DNA of 31,660 bases, from the NCBI RefSeq assembly GCF_006345805.1, contig NW_021832179.1, positions 1 through 31,660 on the forward strand, given 5' to 3'. Positions 20,051 to 31,660 of the stretch are shown piece after piece. The notes beneath the pieces were generated by a model. That model saw only the letters and a program-made list of their open reading frames with translations, was not told the DNA's origin and searched no databases. The DNA comes from Octopus sinensis (lineage: Eukaryota). The translations under genes were made by a program, and so were the position numbers. Each line of letters opens with the position of its first letter. The stretch's first letter is position 1.

Positions 20051-22129
20051 AAGTTATTTAGTTTTACAGAAAAGATGTATTTGAGATGCTGGCAACACCG
20101 GATACCTTAGCCTTTTTTTTTTTACTTATGTCCTCTTTAAACACAGTTGACAACCTTTACAGCAATGAGAGACGACTACAATATTTCTATGGGTACAGGA
20201 CTATCAAAATGAGAACTTAGTAGAACTTGTAACAACGAACTATCCACTTTTCAAGTGTTACTTTTGATTTGCACGCAAATAATTCCAGTCGTTACGGAAA
20301 ATGTCATGAAAAGCTTATGTACATTGCCATAAATTCTAACCACCCTCATATCACCTCTAAAGCCCTAATTAAAGGTATCAATGAATAAATTCCTAATATA
20401 CCTTCACACAAGTAACATTCGACAGAGCATCCAGTAACCACAATAGAGTCATAAAAATAGCAGTTTCAAAGTAAACAAAGAGTTTCACATGCAAAGGGAA
20501 ACAACCTACAAACGATGAAAGCACACGTACGCACACGTCTATGAGAACTACAAATCCAAACAAGAACAACATATCAGTTCTGTCGAGAAATGTTTGGTAT
20601 CTGAAATGGAAACACTGAATTCAAAATATTGTGGTATATTTTAGCCTGTAGTAATAGCTATTTCAACGGAACAACAGTCTGTAATGCCTGTTTTTAGGGA
20701 AAAAAACTCCGAATGAGAACTAAAATAACATTCATTCTAAATAGGAATTCCGAGTTTTTGTCCAAATGTCGTCACAAGAAAAAATTTTAACTGTTTAACT
20801 AAAAGACAGGACTAATCTGCCAAATAAAGATCACCACCTCACTGAATGTGTGTATGTTATGTGAGTGCCATCGTGCACGAGCGTGCGTGTATGCTTATGA
20901 GTGTATGTGTGTAAATATCAGCGAGAGAATCGATAATGTTCAAACGAATTCCCTTGTAATATTTTGTTCTGCACCGATTTACAAACACTCCATTTTTTCA
21001 CTATTGTAAGGTTTTTGGGAAATCTGCAAGAAGCCATATGGGATATATTTCACATGTAGAATATAATAAAGAAATCAGAAAACCCTGGAAGAATTGAGTT
21101 GAGTAAAAGAAAAAGGAGGGAAGAAACCAATTATTTTCGATTAAGTATCGAAAATAAGATTTTGAGAAAGAACTAATGAGTTAATTAACTCTAACCTATG
21201 ACGTTTGACTTTGAAATGGAAGCAGCGACATCTGTTGGGCGGGGTCACGAGAGGCTATGCTAGAATGTTTATGTAAATGATCCAGCTAATGAATTATATA
21301 ATAGGGTTAATTAATATTAATTTAAAGCCTGAAAATTAAAATAATTACAGTTAGAGATTAATCCTTAATAGAAAACAGTAATCACTCGGGCAGGATTATT
21401 GCTGTGTTAGAGTCAGAAAAGGAGAGACGAGAAGGGAGAGGTGAGGGGGTAGGAAAGGGAGAGGAGGAGGAGGAGAGCCTTGGCCTTTATGCACCCCCGC
21501 TGCTGCCGCCACCGCCACCACCTACACCACCATCATCAATTATTGCAGGGCGGACGAGTTGATCAAATGATCCATCCTCCATATGGACTTTAGACTTGCA
21601 GGAAATAGCAACCAAATCTCTCTAAAACTCACCTTTTACTGTCTTGAAAATGGAGGAGATATATATTCGGAAATAGAGTCTTATATATTGAAAGCGAGGA
21701 ATAGTCACGACTGGAACGTCCTTTATTATAAGTTTGTTCAATCTTTTTCTCAAATCGAGGAAGCATTCGTTATAGCATTCGACCCAAGTACTTCACGGGT
21801 ACTTTATTTTATCGACCCCAGAAGAATAAAAGGTAAAGTTGACCTCGGCAAAACTGAAATTTAGTCCGACGCACTAACGTTTTTGCCAATCCACTGTTTT
21901 AAAAGGGAAACATGGATTCCATCAAGATTTGAACTCTACGGTTTCATTCTTGCAGTCGGCGACCAAAGCCTTCCACTGCAAGAAGCAACAGAAGATAACC
22001 CGAATGGAACAGACATTAAATACGGGTTTCACAGTTTTGACACAATGCCAACAATTTCGGGCGAGTGGCTAAAATCGATTACATCGACCTCGGTGATCAA
22101 CTGGTATTCATTTTATCATCTTTCATCAC

Positions 22130-22250
22130 GTTAAACCGTTAATCCATACACATATTTTTCTCTCTTCGTTTTCTTCTCTCGCTCGCCATATTTTTCCCTC
22201 TCATCCTTTTCTGTCGAAGAGCATAGGCTCGGAACGCCAAAGACATATCC
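22130..22250 (+). mobile_element. Penelope-like pseudo-LTR fragment with degenerate hammerhead
   Basis: Reads ctttt CTGTCGA a gagc-atag-gctc GGAA CG CC aaag; homologous to 740-800 plus 1016-1060. Confidence 0.55.
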
Positions 22251-22254
22251 ATTA

Positions 22255-22955
22255 GTGACCGGACAATTTACCGTAAACAAATTAACCGTAGGACAATTGG
22301 CCGTAGGGCTATTCACCGTAAGACAATTCGCTGTACGGATATTTCGCTGCAAGGACCTTTTTCCGACGAAAACAGAATGTTGATTTTTGGTACGATTGCA
22401 GGGTTGTACGATCTAGAAATACATAAGAACTGGGCACGCGATGGAACAGTTAAGGTTTGTCCTGAAATTTATTATCAGTTATACGCTCTACATGTCAACA
22501 TAGGGCATGCATCCCACAAATTTACCATCTCCTTCTGAATAGGACTCTTGACATATACAAAGGTCTTTTCAAAAGGTTAAAGATTTGTTCGAATCCCTAA
22601 GACCCAGAAATATAATGATTGATTTTGAACAAGCTAGTTCTCTAAGTTTTTCTGACAATTTTCCACCTACAAATGTTAACAAGATGGGTTTTTTTTAATT
22701 TTTGTAAAAATGTTTACAGAAAGGCGACAGATTTTGGTCTTAAGGTGCGATATCAAACGGATTGTGATTTTAACAGAAAAGTAAAGTGCTTTATGGCAAT
22801 TACATTCATCCCGCCTCCAGACACCATCGATGCATTTATGGAGTTTATGGGTGACGATGACTTGCCACAAAAACTGGTGGTATATTTTGAAAAGCATTAC
22901 ATTGGTGGCGAGAGAGGCAGGGAAGCTCGTAGACGTAGAGTTTCTCCTACTTTTC
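22255..22955 (+). mobile_element. Decayed MULE (Mutator-like) transposon: 15-bp subterminal repeats (22260-22360) plus transposase remnant
   Basis: About 6 copies of ggacaattcaccgta-like units. Peptides include DGTVKVCPEIYYQLYALH, IMIDFEQA, FNFCKNVYRK..GLKVRY...MAITFIP and VYFEKHYIG. Confidence 0.85.
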
Positions 22956-23640
22956 GAAGTGTGGAATTCAATTGTTTTGGTTCAGAGACGGTGGCGTGCA
23001 TGGAAAGGTAAGCATGCAACACTACGTCCGGAGACAATAAGAAGTTGTCATGCAAAGCTGATGACTACGGGCAAAAAGAAGTGGCCGTCCAACCACGTCC
23101 CGATGGGTGGAGAACGTGACAACAGTGCAGAAAATGTTTAATCGCGGCCCGAAAAAAATCAATACGTTAAACAACTCGTGAAAGTGGACTAACAAGATAC
23201 ACAATACGTACGGTGTTGCATAAAGAATTGAATTTCCGTCCGAGGAAACCCCATTACGTGTAGGAGGTAAAACCTGAAGACTGTGATCGCAAAAGTCCAG
23301 AAGTTCAGAACTCCAAGAAGTCCAAATCTCACTCCATGTAATTATTTTTATCTGTGGGGTTACACAAAAGAGGTAATGTACAAGACAAAACTTCGTACCC
23401 TGGAGGACTTGGAGACACGAATCGGGAGGTTCTCGGTGATATCCGAGACAATGTCCTTCAGAAGGTTGTTCATTCCATCCGTGGCCGTTTGTAGAAACTA
23501 GTTGGTACCACTGGTGCTTACGTTGAAATATGAAGATATACTTTCATTGACCCATATAATAAAGAACATGGATCATTTTATTTCACTAAATTTGTAAAAG
23601 GAACATGGGTTTTATTACCAATTTTTAATGCCTACTCACT
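22950..23640 (+). pseudogene. Decayed, internally deleted Tc1/mariner-superfamily transposase (DUF4817-type N-terminus)
   Basis: Peptides NSIVLVQRRWR...PETIRSCHAKLMTTG and TPRSPNLTPCNYFYLWGYTKEVMYKTKLRTLEDLETRI, which is WPPRSPDLTPCDFFLWG-like. Confidence 0.85.
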
Positions 23641-24007
23641 CCCCCCCCCCACTAATTTAGTTTTGCTTCCCGACAATGAAAATTACAATCATTTTTCCTA
23701 GAAATTAATTATAAAACAGTTACAAGCTTTTAAAATTATCTAATTTTAACCTATCGACATCCTCGATTGCCTGATATACCGGTGTTTGTGACTGTTTGTC
23801 CCCTTTGGAACAGCACATGGAACCTTTACGTGGTCTTGGGACCAGCTAGAAATAACAACCAAATCTTCCTTAAACTACACTATGACGTCTAAAAAACGCG
23901 AGTGGGGCGAAACATTGTACCGCGTATAAATTAAAGTCAATCTTCACGGCTGTAGCCTTTTATCGAACTCACGCCCCTTTAATCGCTTACACTGATGGAT
24001 TGATACT

Positions 24008-24150
24008 AGTTTCAAATTTTGGCACAAGGCCAGCAATTTGGGGGAGGGAGTAAAGCGATTACATCGACCCCAGTGTTCAAATGGTACTTATTTTATCGAC
24101 CCGGAAACGATGAATGGCAAAGGCAACCCTGACGGAATCTGAATTTAGAA
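24008..24150 (-). mobile_element. SINE family A fragment
   Basis: Reads tttcaaattttggcacaaggccagc...atcgaccccagtg...ggtacttattttatcgaccc. Confidence 0.8.
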
Positions 24151-25089
24151 CACAAGGTATCATTTTGCTCGGTGGTGGTGGTAGTGGTGATGGAGAAAGA
24201 GTTGCTTTTTGGAGAAAGAGTTGCTTACCAATGCTGTCATTGTATGAAGTGCAGTGTTGTTGATGACGATGCTGATGATGATTATGGCATTGATGGTATT
24301 TTCTCTCCACCAACAAACCTTGTAAAACAACTTTCTTATAAGAAAACAGAAAATACATTTAACATCGATCTGTGCGGTCCAGTAAGTGTTTTACGAGTTG
24401 TGAGATCGATAAGCGAGGAGATCAACTTTTGTTTTGATGTGAAACAAGGAATCGTTCCCACTTCTTTAGACCTTATGGCGTAGTTTAAAGAAGGTTTGTC
24501 TGTTATTTCTAGCTGGTCGAGACCACATAATGGTAACTTGTGCGCTCTTCCCATAGGGTCAAACAGTCGCGACTTCCGGCATACCAATTGAGGCTTCCGG
24601 TAGGTTAAAATTGTATAATTTTATATGTTTGTAACATTTATTATTAATTTCTAAGTAAAATGATTGCAAGTCATCAGCTAAACAAGATCAAAACCACGTT
24701 TTTTTCTCAATATAATCTGTTGAAAATTTGAAAAATTCACGTGGTTGGAAGAAATTTAACAAGAACCTCAAAGTTCATTAATGTTCTGCGATTCCTTAAG
24801 GAATGACCGAAACTTTTGTGTAGTATTGGAGTAAGGATATGAAATACCTAAAGAATTCACATAGGTTTCGTAATTTCGCTTAAATATCCACTAAACAATG
24901 TCTTCATATCAAAGAATGGTTCTTTGACACGCCCACTTTCTTGGAGAAGCTCCGCCCATTTCACCAAACTTTCAAATAATAGAGAAATGTTTTTTGTATG
25001 TTTATTTAATTATTTCCCTTTATATACATCTCCACATTCACTCCGTATAAAGTCTCTTCATTTCTTTCTTTCTTTCTTTCTTTCTCTTA

Positions 25090-25869
<780 letters not shown>

Positions 25870-25878
25870 ATATATATA

Positions 25879-26272
25879 TCTTTATATATAAAAGTCAAGT
25901 TGTGTGTCTGTCTCCTACGATTTAGATTCCTAACTACTCCCACATTTTGCGGTGCAGTGTGACCAAAAGCGGGTATCTTATAGTCGTGATTCATATCGAG
26001 CCCTTCTGGGTATTAGCGCGCGTCTACGATGAGTCTACGATTTAAAAAAAAAATTACCATCATTTTTTCCCATTTTAAATGCATTTTTTGCTATTATATA
26101 AGGGAAGTAACTCTCTAAAAATGTATTATTAAATTTCAGAACGTAAAAAGCTACAGTAACACCCACCTTTGTGGTTAGCCATATTGAGATGGCTATTATA
26201 CTTTACATCTCTGAAAATGCTTATATAGTTATTTCCCTTACAAACCCGAGCAACGCCGGGTGATACTGCTAG
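25879..26272 (+). mobile_element. Non-autonomous Helitron
   Basis: 5' TC (tctttatatata), 3' hairpin cccgagcaacgccggg (26245-26260) followed by CTAG (26269-26272). It is inserted between A and T with no TSD. Confidence 0.9.
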
Positions 26273-26382
26273 TATATTATATATCTATTATATATTATAT
26301 ATCTGTTATATATTATATATATATATTATATGCATGTTATATATGTGTACATATGCTTGAATATATATATTATAATATATAT

Positions 26383-28320
26383 AGGAGATAAATAAAAATA
26401 TATGCATACATACAAACATATATGTACGTACCTACATCTACATGTATATATACATGCATAATAAATAATTATACGGAAGTACAGGACATCACAATAAGAC
26501 GTAGAGAAACAAAAAAGCCAAAAAACAAAAAACAAAGAAAAAACGGAAAACGAAAAACAAATACAGGACAGGTTACACAAGGCAAAACCCCCGTCATCAG
26601 CTGTCGCTAGAGGAGTCAGGCATGTTCGAAGGCATAACAGAACACTAATCCAATAGGCCTTCCTGCGAGAGAATAAAAATAAAATTTCAAGCAGCGGGGC
26701 ACAATGAGTACGAACACAACAAGACGTAACAATAAGACTGCAAAATTAAAATACATGTACAAAAACACACAAGAGGACGAACGAAAAAGCCTTTTTTCTG
26801 GCATAGACAAACAATAAAACTGCAAAAATAAAAATACATGTACAAAAAGTACAATTAGTTACAAAACGAGAAAATAACAAGAATACATACAGGAAATTAA
26901 CCACACAAGGGGACGAACGAAGAAAAGCCTTTTGCTGGCAAGGACGAAAGGTGTAGTAGCAGCGCGTGGAGGCAGTCTTTTCAATAGTGGTAAGTGGTAC
27001 ACGTGTAAAGGAATTTGTTTTATAGGCAAGGAAGAGGAAGGAGGAGGGGGACACGCGGCGAAGAGAGAGGAGGAGGGGGAGGGAGAAAGATTGAAGAGGT
27101 TAAAGCAAAGGGAGAGAGTACCGCATCTTCAATATAATAAATTAATATAAAAAAGGGGACCAAGAAGTGGATCGAAACGACGAATCGGAACGAACCTGAT
27201 GCGGGGCGCTGTCAGACAATAAGGAGATAAATAAATAAAAATATATGCATACATACAAACATATATGTACGTACCTACATCTACATGTATATAACATGCA
27301 TATATAAATAATTATACGGAAGTACAGGACATCACAATAAGACGTAGAAACAGAAAAAAGAACCAAAAACAAAAAACAAAGAAAACGGAAAACGAAAAAC
27401 AAATACAGGACAGGTTACACAAGGACAAAACCCCCGTCATCAGCTGTCGCTAGAGGAGTCAGGCATGTTCGAAGGCATAACAGAACACTAATCCAATAGG
27501 CCTTCCTGCGAGAGAATTAAAATAAAATTTCAAGCAGCGGGGCACAATGAGTACGAACACAAACAAGACGTAACAATAAGACTGCAAAATTAAAATACAT
27601 GTACAAAAACAAACACAAGAGGACGAACGAAAAAGCCTTTTTCTGGCATAGACAAACAATAAAACTGCAAAAATAAAAAAACAAAGTTAATCCAAACAAG
27701 AAAACACAGAAAAAAAGAGAAAAAAAACACAGCAACGCAGGACGTGGAACAAAAATGGGACAAGAACACAAAAACATCCACACAATTAGATGATACAAAA
27801 AAGGGACAACAAAACACTTAGATAGACGATACAAATAAGGCAAGGATGGGGCATTCGGAGTTTTCTTTCCTCAGTCGAGTTCCATATTATCTTTTCAATT
27901 TCGGCAGGTTATACTCGAGTTTGCTCTAATCTACCCAGCCCCAAGGAAAACTAAGCTAAGAGTATTAGATTCCTTGGAAGAAAGCAGTGAATTTATACGA
28001 AAACAAGGACGAAAAAAAGAAACGGAGAACGTTACACAAATACAAATAACAGGACATAACAACAGGTGTCTTTCGACTAAGGACGAATTAAATTAAGCTG
28101 GCATATGTTGAAATAAAGCCTTACGGCAGGGATACAAGATTTCACAGGCACAGGGAGGAAAATAGATGTTGCACGGACGACGGCCGAACCAAGAAAGAAA
28201 GATCAGGCTTGGCCGAACACCGGTAACTTGGGGAGAGAAGAAAGAGGGAGAGGAGAGAGGTAGAGGCAGAGGGACAAAAGAATTAAGGAGGGGCAAGAGA
28301 AAATGACAGGGACACAGTGA
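26383..28320 (-). mobile_element. Non-coding Penelope-like composite repeat with ~450-bp direct repeats (26383-26835 and 27222-27680)
   Basis: Two highly similar blocks lie ~840 bp apart. 27684-27750 shares agttaatccaaaca.gaaaacac...ggacgtggaacaaa with the pseudo-LTR family at 247 and 18151. Hammerhead-like segments are present. Confidence 0.65.
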
Positions 28321-28419
28321 AATTAAAAGAGAAGGGAAAGTGAGCAAGAAGAGAAGGCAGACACACACACACACACATGCACGGTTGGTGCGCAAAGTAC
28401 TGTTGGGAAACAAATCTTT

Positions 28420-29118
28420 CGATCATTAGGGGGTAACAATTCAAAGAGAATTACTCCTTTGCAATCCCACCAGATAGAGAGAAGAACCTTTTTCCCATGA
28501 AGTTCCCTTCTCGGTTGTGGTTGAGCCTTTTCCCTTTTACCAAGCCACTGTTTACGACGTTTAACATTTCGATAGAAGATCCATTTTTCGTCACCAGTCA
28601 CAAGTCAATCCAAAAAGGGCGAAATGCGTTCGCGAGAATGGAGAGAAGAGCAGATGTCAACTCGGGATTTGCGGTTGCTTTTGGACAATTCATGAGGCAC
28701 CCATTTTCCAAGTTTAGGAACCTTTCCAAGTTGTTGAGGATGACGATGAACAGTTGTATGGTTTGAAATCTCCACTTCTGAATTTTGCAAACCATATTCT
28801 GCAAGTTCTTTCATTCAAGCATTCTTTTCCATAAACTGAGTGCATGTTTCGAGTCGCTTCGGCTGCAGAGTTTTGTTTTTTGTACTCATAAAGCATTATG
28901 TGCCTTAAATGCTCTTTGGATACTTCCATGTTAGAAAGGGTTTTAATGAAAGAAATTTTAATTTTATTATTCTGTAAAATTATATTTAATTAGTTTAAAT
29001 GTACACAAATGTATAAAAATCATTTTTAATTCCATTAGACATTCTAAAATACTATTAAATTTCATTCAATTTTTTTTTAAATGGTAAAATCAGACAGAAC
29101 TTATGGGATGACCTGATA
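28420..29118 (-). mobile_element. Mariner transposon, 5' half, with 5' TIR; transposase pseudogene from 28929
   Basis: TA plus tcaggtcatcccataa TIR ending at 29118. Peptides MEVSKEHLRHIMLYEY..., WVPHEL, VTGDEKW and KKVLLSIWWDCKGV, with a frameshift, a stop and an internal deletion. Confidence 0.93.
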
Positions 29119-29188
29119 AAAAAAAGTACTGATTCATTCAGCATGGCCGCAGTCTAGGTAAACGATAAAAGATATATATATATATATG

Positions 29189-29282
<94 letters not shown>

Positions 29283-29298
29283 ATATATATATATATAA

Positions 29299-29633
29299 TA
29301 GGTGCAGGAATGGGTGTGTAAGAAGCTTGCTTACCAACCACATGGTTCCGGGTTCAGTCAAATGGATTAAGTTGATTATATCGACCCCAGTGCGTTACTG
29401 GTACTTATTTAATCGACCCCGAAAGGATGAAAGGCAAAGTCGACCTCGGCGGAATTTGAACTCAGAACGCAGCGGCGGAAAAATACCGCTAAGCATTTCG
29501 CCCGGCTTGCTAAAGAGACCGATAGAATAAATGCCAGGCTCACAAAGAATAAGTCGTGGGGTCGATTTGCTCGATTAAAGTCGATGCTCCAGCATGGCTG
29601 CTGTCAAATGACTGAAACAAATAAAAGAATAAA
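29299..29633. mobile_element. Chimeric SINE: family B head (+), family A body (-, ~29360-29510), family B tail (+)
   Basis: Sequence switches at ggttcagtc|aaatggattaagt and again at cccggcttgcta|aagagaccgatagaat. Confidence 0.8.
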
Positions 29634-30210
29634 ATGTGTGCGTGTGCGTGCGTGCGTGTCTGTGTGCGTGTGTGTGTATGCGTATATAATTACAAACACA
29701 CTCATAACCCCACATTAGAATCGCCCTTCGTATTTGAGAGCGCACGTGCCGTCTGACCCGTGGTTAATAGGGGTACTTTTGACAAGCAGCTAAAACCAAA
29801 AAGCAAGATTCCTATTTGAAGAAACTATCTGCCAATCACATTTTCAGTTTGGTTTGAATAGTTCTCCAAGAGAAAGTGGGGCAGCAGTGAAGCTGGCAAA
29901 TCAGAACAAGCGAACACAGATCAGGTTCCTCAAGAATTGGAGGGGGTGACGGGTGGGAGACGAATTTGTCTTTTCCTTATATTTTGTTATTTTATTCAAA
30001 TGCAGCGATTATTGTTTTTTTTAGCTTGACGAAAAGTTTAGCCAGAAAACAATCAACAGATGGTTAATTCTTAACAATGAAAGAATAACGAGACACTTAA
30101 ACGTCATCAGAAATCTTAATTGTTGCAGTCGAAAACCGGTATTTATATTTTTCAGCAATAAGTTCATGTTTCTTTCGCTATTTATTTATGCACACCACAC
30201 GGTTGAATTG

Positions 30211-30211
<1 letters not shown>

Positions 30212-30276
<65 letters not shown>
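30212..30276. repeat. (CA)n microsatellite
   Basis: Directly visible. Confidence 0.97.
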
Positions 30277-30282
<6 letters not shown>

Positions 30283-30739
30283 TACATACACACACACATA
30301 TGTATATATGTATATATGTATGTATAGCAATTTGTGTTGAAAAATTCTGAAAGTTACACGCAGCAGTGTTTAGGAACGATTTAACGAAGATTATTTGTGG
30401 ACACTAAAAAAATACCAATAATATATATATATATATATTATATATATAATATATATATATAGTGTGTGTGTGTGTGTGGGTCTGTTTAAATAGTTATAGG
30501 AGCGATTATATTGGGTCAAAAGAATTCTTCGACTACTTTGAGGAAACTGGAAATACACCAGCAGTTGAACAAACATATGCATATATGCAAGCGTATATGC
30601 GTTATATATGTATATATATACATGCATTATATATATTTATATGTATTTATTTAGCAACATGTCTTTGATATGAAAGCAAAATTTGTTTGAAAACGAAAGT
30701 CAAATGTTGAAGAACGACGTCACAGAAAACAACAACAAC

Positions 30740-30740
30740 A

Positions 30741-30799
<59 letters not shown>
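30740..30799. repeat. (TAA)n microsatellite
   Basis: Directly visible. Confidence 0.97.
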
Positions 30800-31660
30800 C
30801 AACAAGAAAACGGAATTTACCAGGAATAACCAAACAAGGAATGGAGGAAAGGAATAAAAAACAAGGCATCAGGTTTAAGTGAAAGCCAGCCTTGGAAGGT
30901 TCTCCTGCATTGTTATATATTTTATTGTGAAACATTCCAGTTGTCTTCAGAGCAATATGTATAGAGGCGACACAATTTATTAACTGGAAAGAAGGAGAGA
31001 GAGGGAGAGAGAGAGAGAGGGACCAACCGCCGGGTTAATAATTGACACGGATGGGAATGCCCTTAAACACACATAGAAACACTTAAAACCCGACATTAAA
31101 ATATATATACACACTCACACATCTATATATTTACGTATGTGTATATATCATCGTCCGACTTGTAATTAATAATAAACTTGTACACCAACCATTATTTGTT
31201 CTACATACCGCTTGTAAACAAAAAAAGTTGTATACTTTCAAATATACACGCGTTAACACCCACGGCACAAAGGTTTCTACTAAGTATAAACTCTGCGCCA
31301 GGTATTGAGTACTCTTTTGTTTGTAAGCAAGTTTGTAAGCAAAATCTTGTATTCTGCACATACATACGCGCATACACACACACACACACACACACACATA
31401 CACACATGCACAGATATATGTATATACACATATACGTATTCATACACAAGCACACTCACACACACACATATGGTTTAACTGGCCGACACTTCGAAGTCAC
31501 TGTCAACAATATTCTTGTTTAAGAATGAACTTGTAACCTACAAATGTATAGAGTAACCCGTTAGATTGATATAAAAATTGCTTTATATTATAGCTAAGCA
31601 TAAAAAAAAACATTAGCAATTATATAATACACACACACACATACATATATACATATATAC

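Overview
This is repeat-dense, AT-rich eukaryotic non-coding DNA. Its tRNA-derived SINE families and TA/CA/TAA microsatellites are typical of an Octopus (coleoid cephalopod) genome; that assignment is recognised from memory, not searched. No intact host protein-coding gene can be supported, and most listed ORFs are microsatellite or SINE artefacts. The window holds many SINEs and decayed transposons: a Tx1-like LINE 3' end, an R4/Dong-like RLE LINE, two mariners, a MULE, a DUF4817/Tc1-like element, a non-autonomous Helitron, an ORF1-only (HAL1-like) retroelement and several Penelope-type pseudo-LTR repeats. There are four main observations. (1) Three divergent repeat families carry the three hammerhead-ribozyme core segments in a non-circularly permuted (C-B-A, pseudoknotted) order with covarying stems. 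(2) Five minimal type-I hammerhead motifs are present, one inside a 356-bp retrozyme-like unit. (3) A diverged ~0.6-kb inverted duplication with block-wise conservation and a CTCF-like core is centred on a separate 138-bp hairpin. (4) SINEs, the Tx1-like LINE and the ORF1-only element share 3' tails, and two LINEs sit inside specific microsatellites. Repeat boundaries are approximate.
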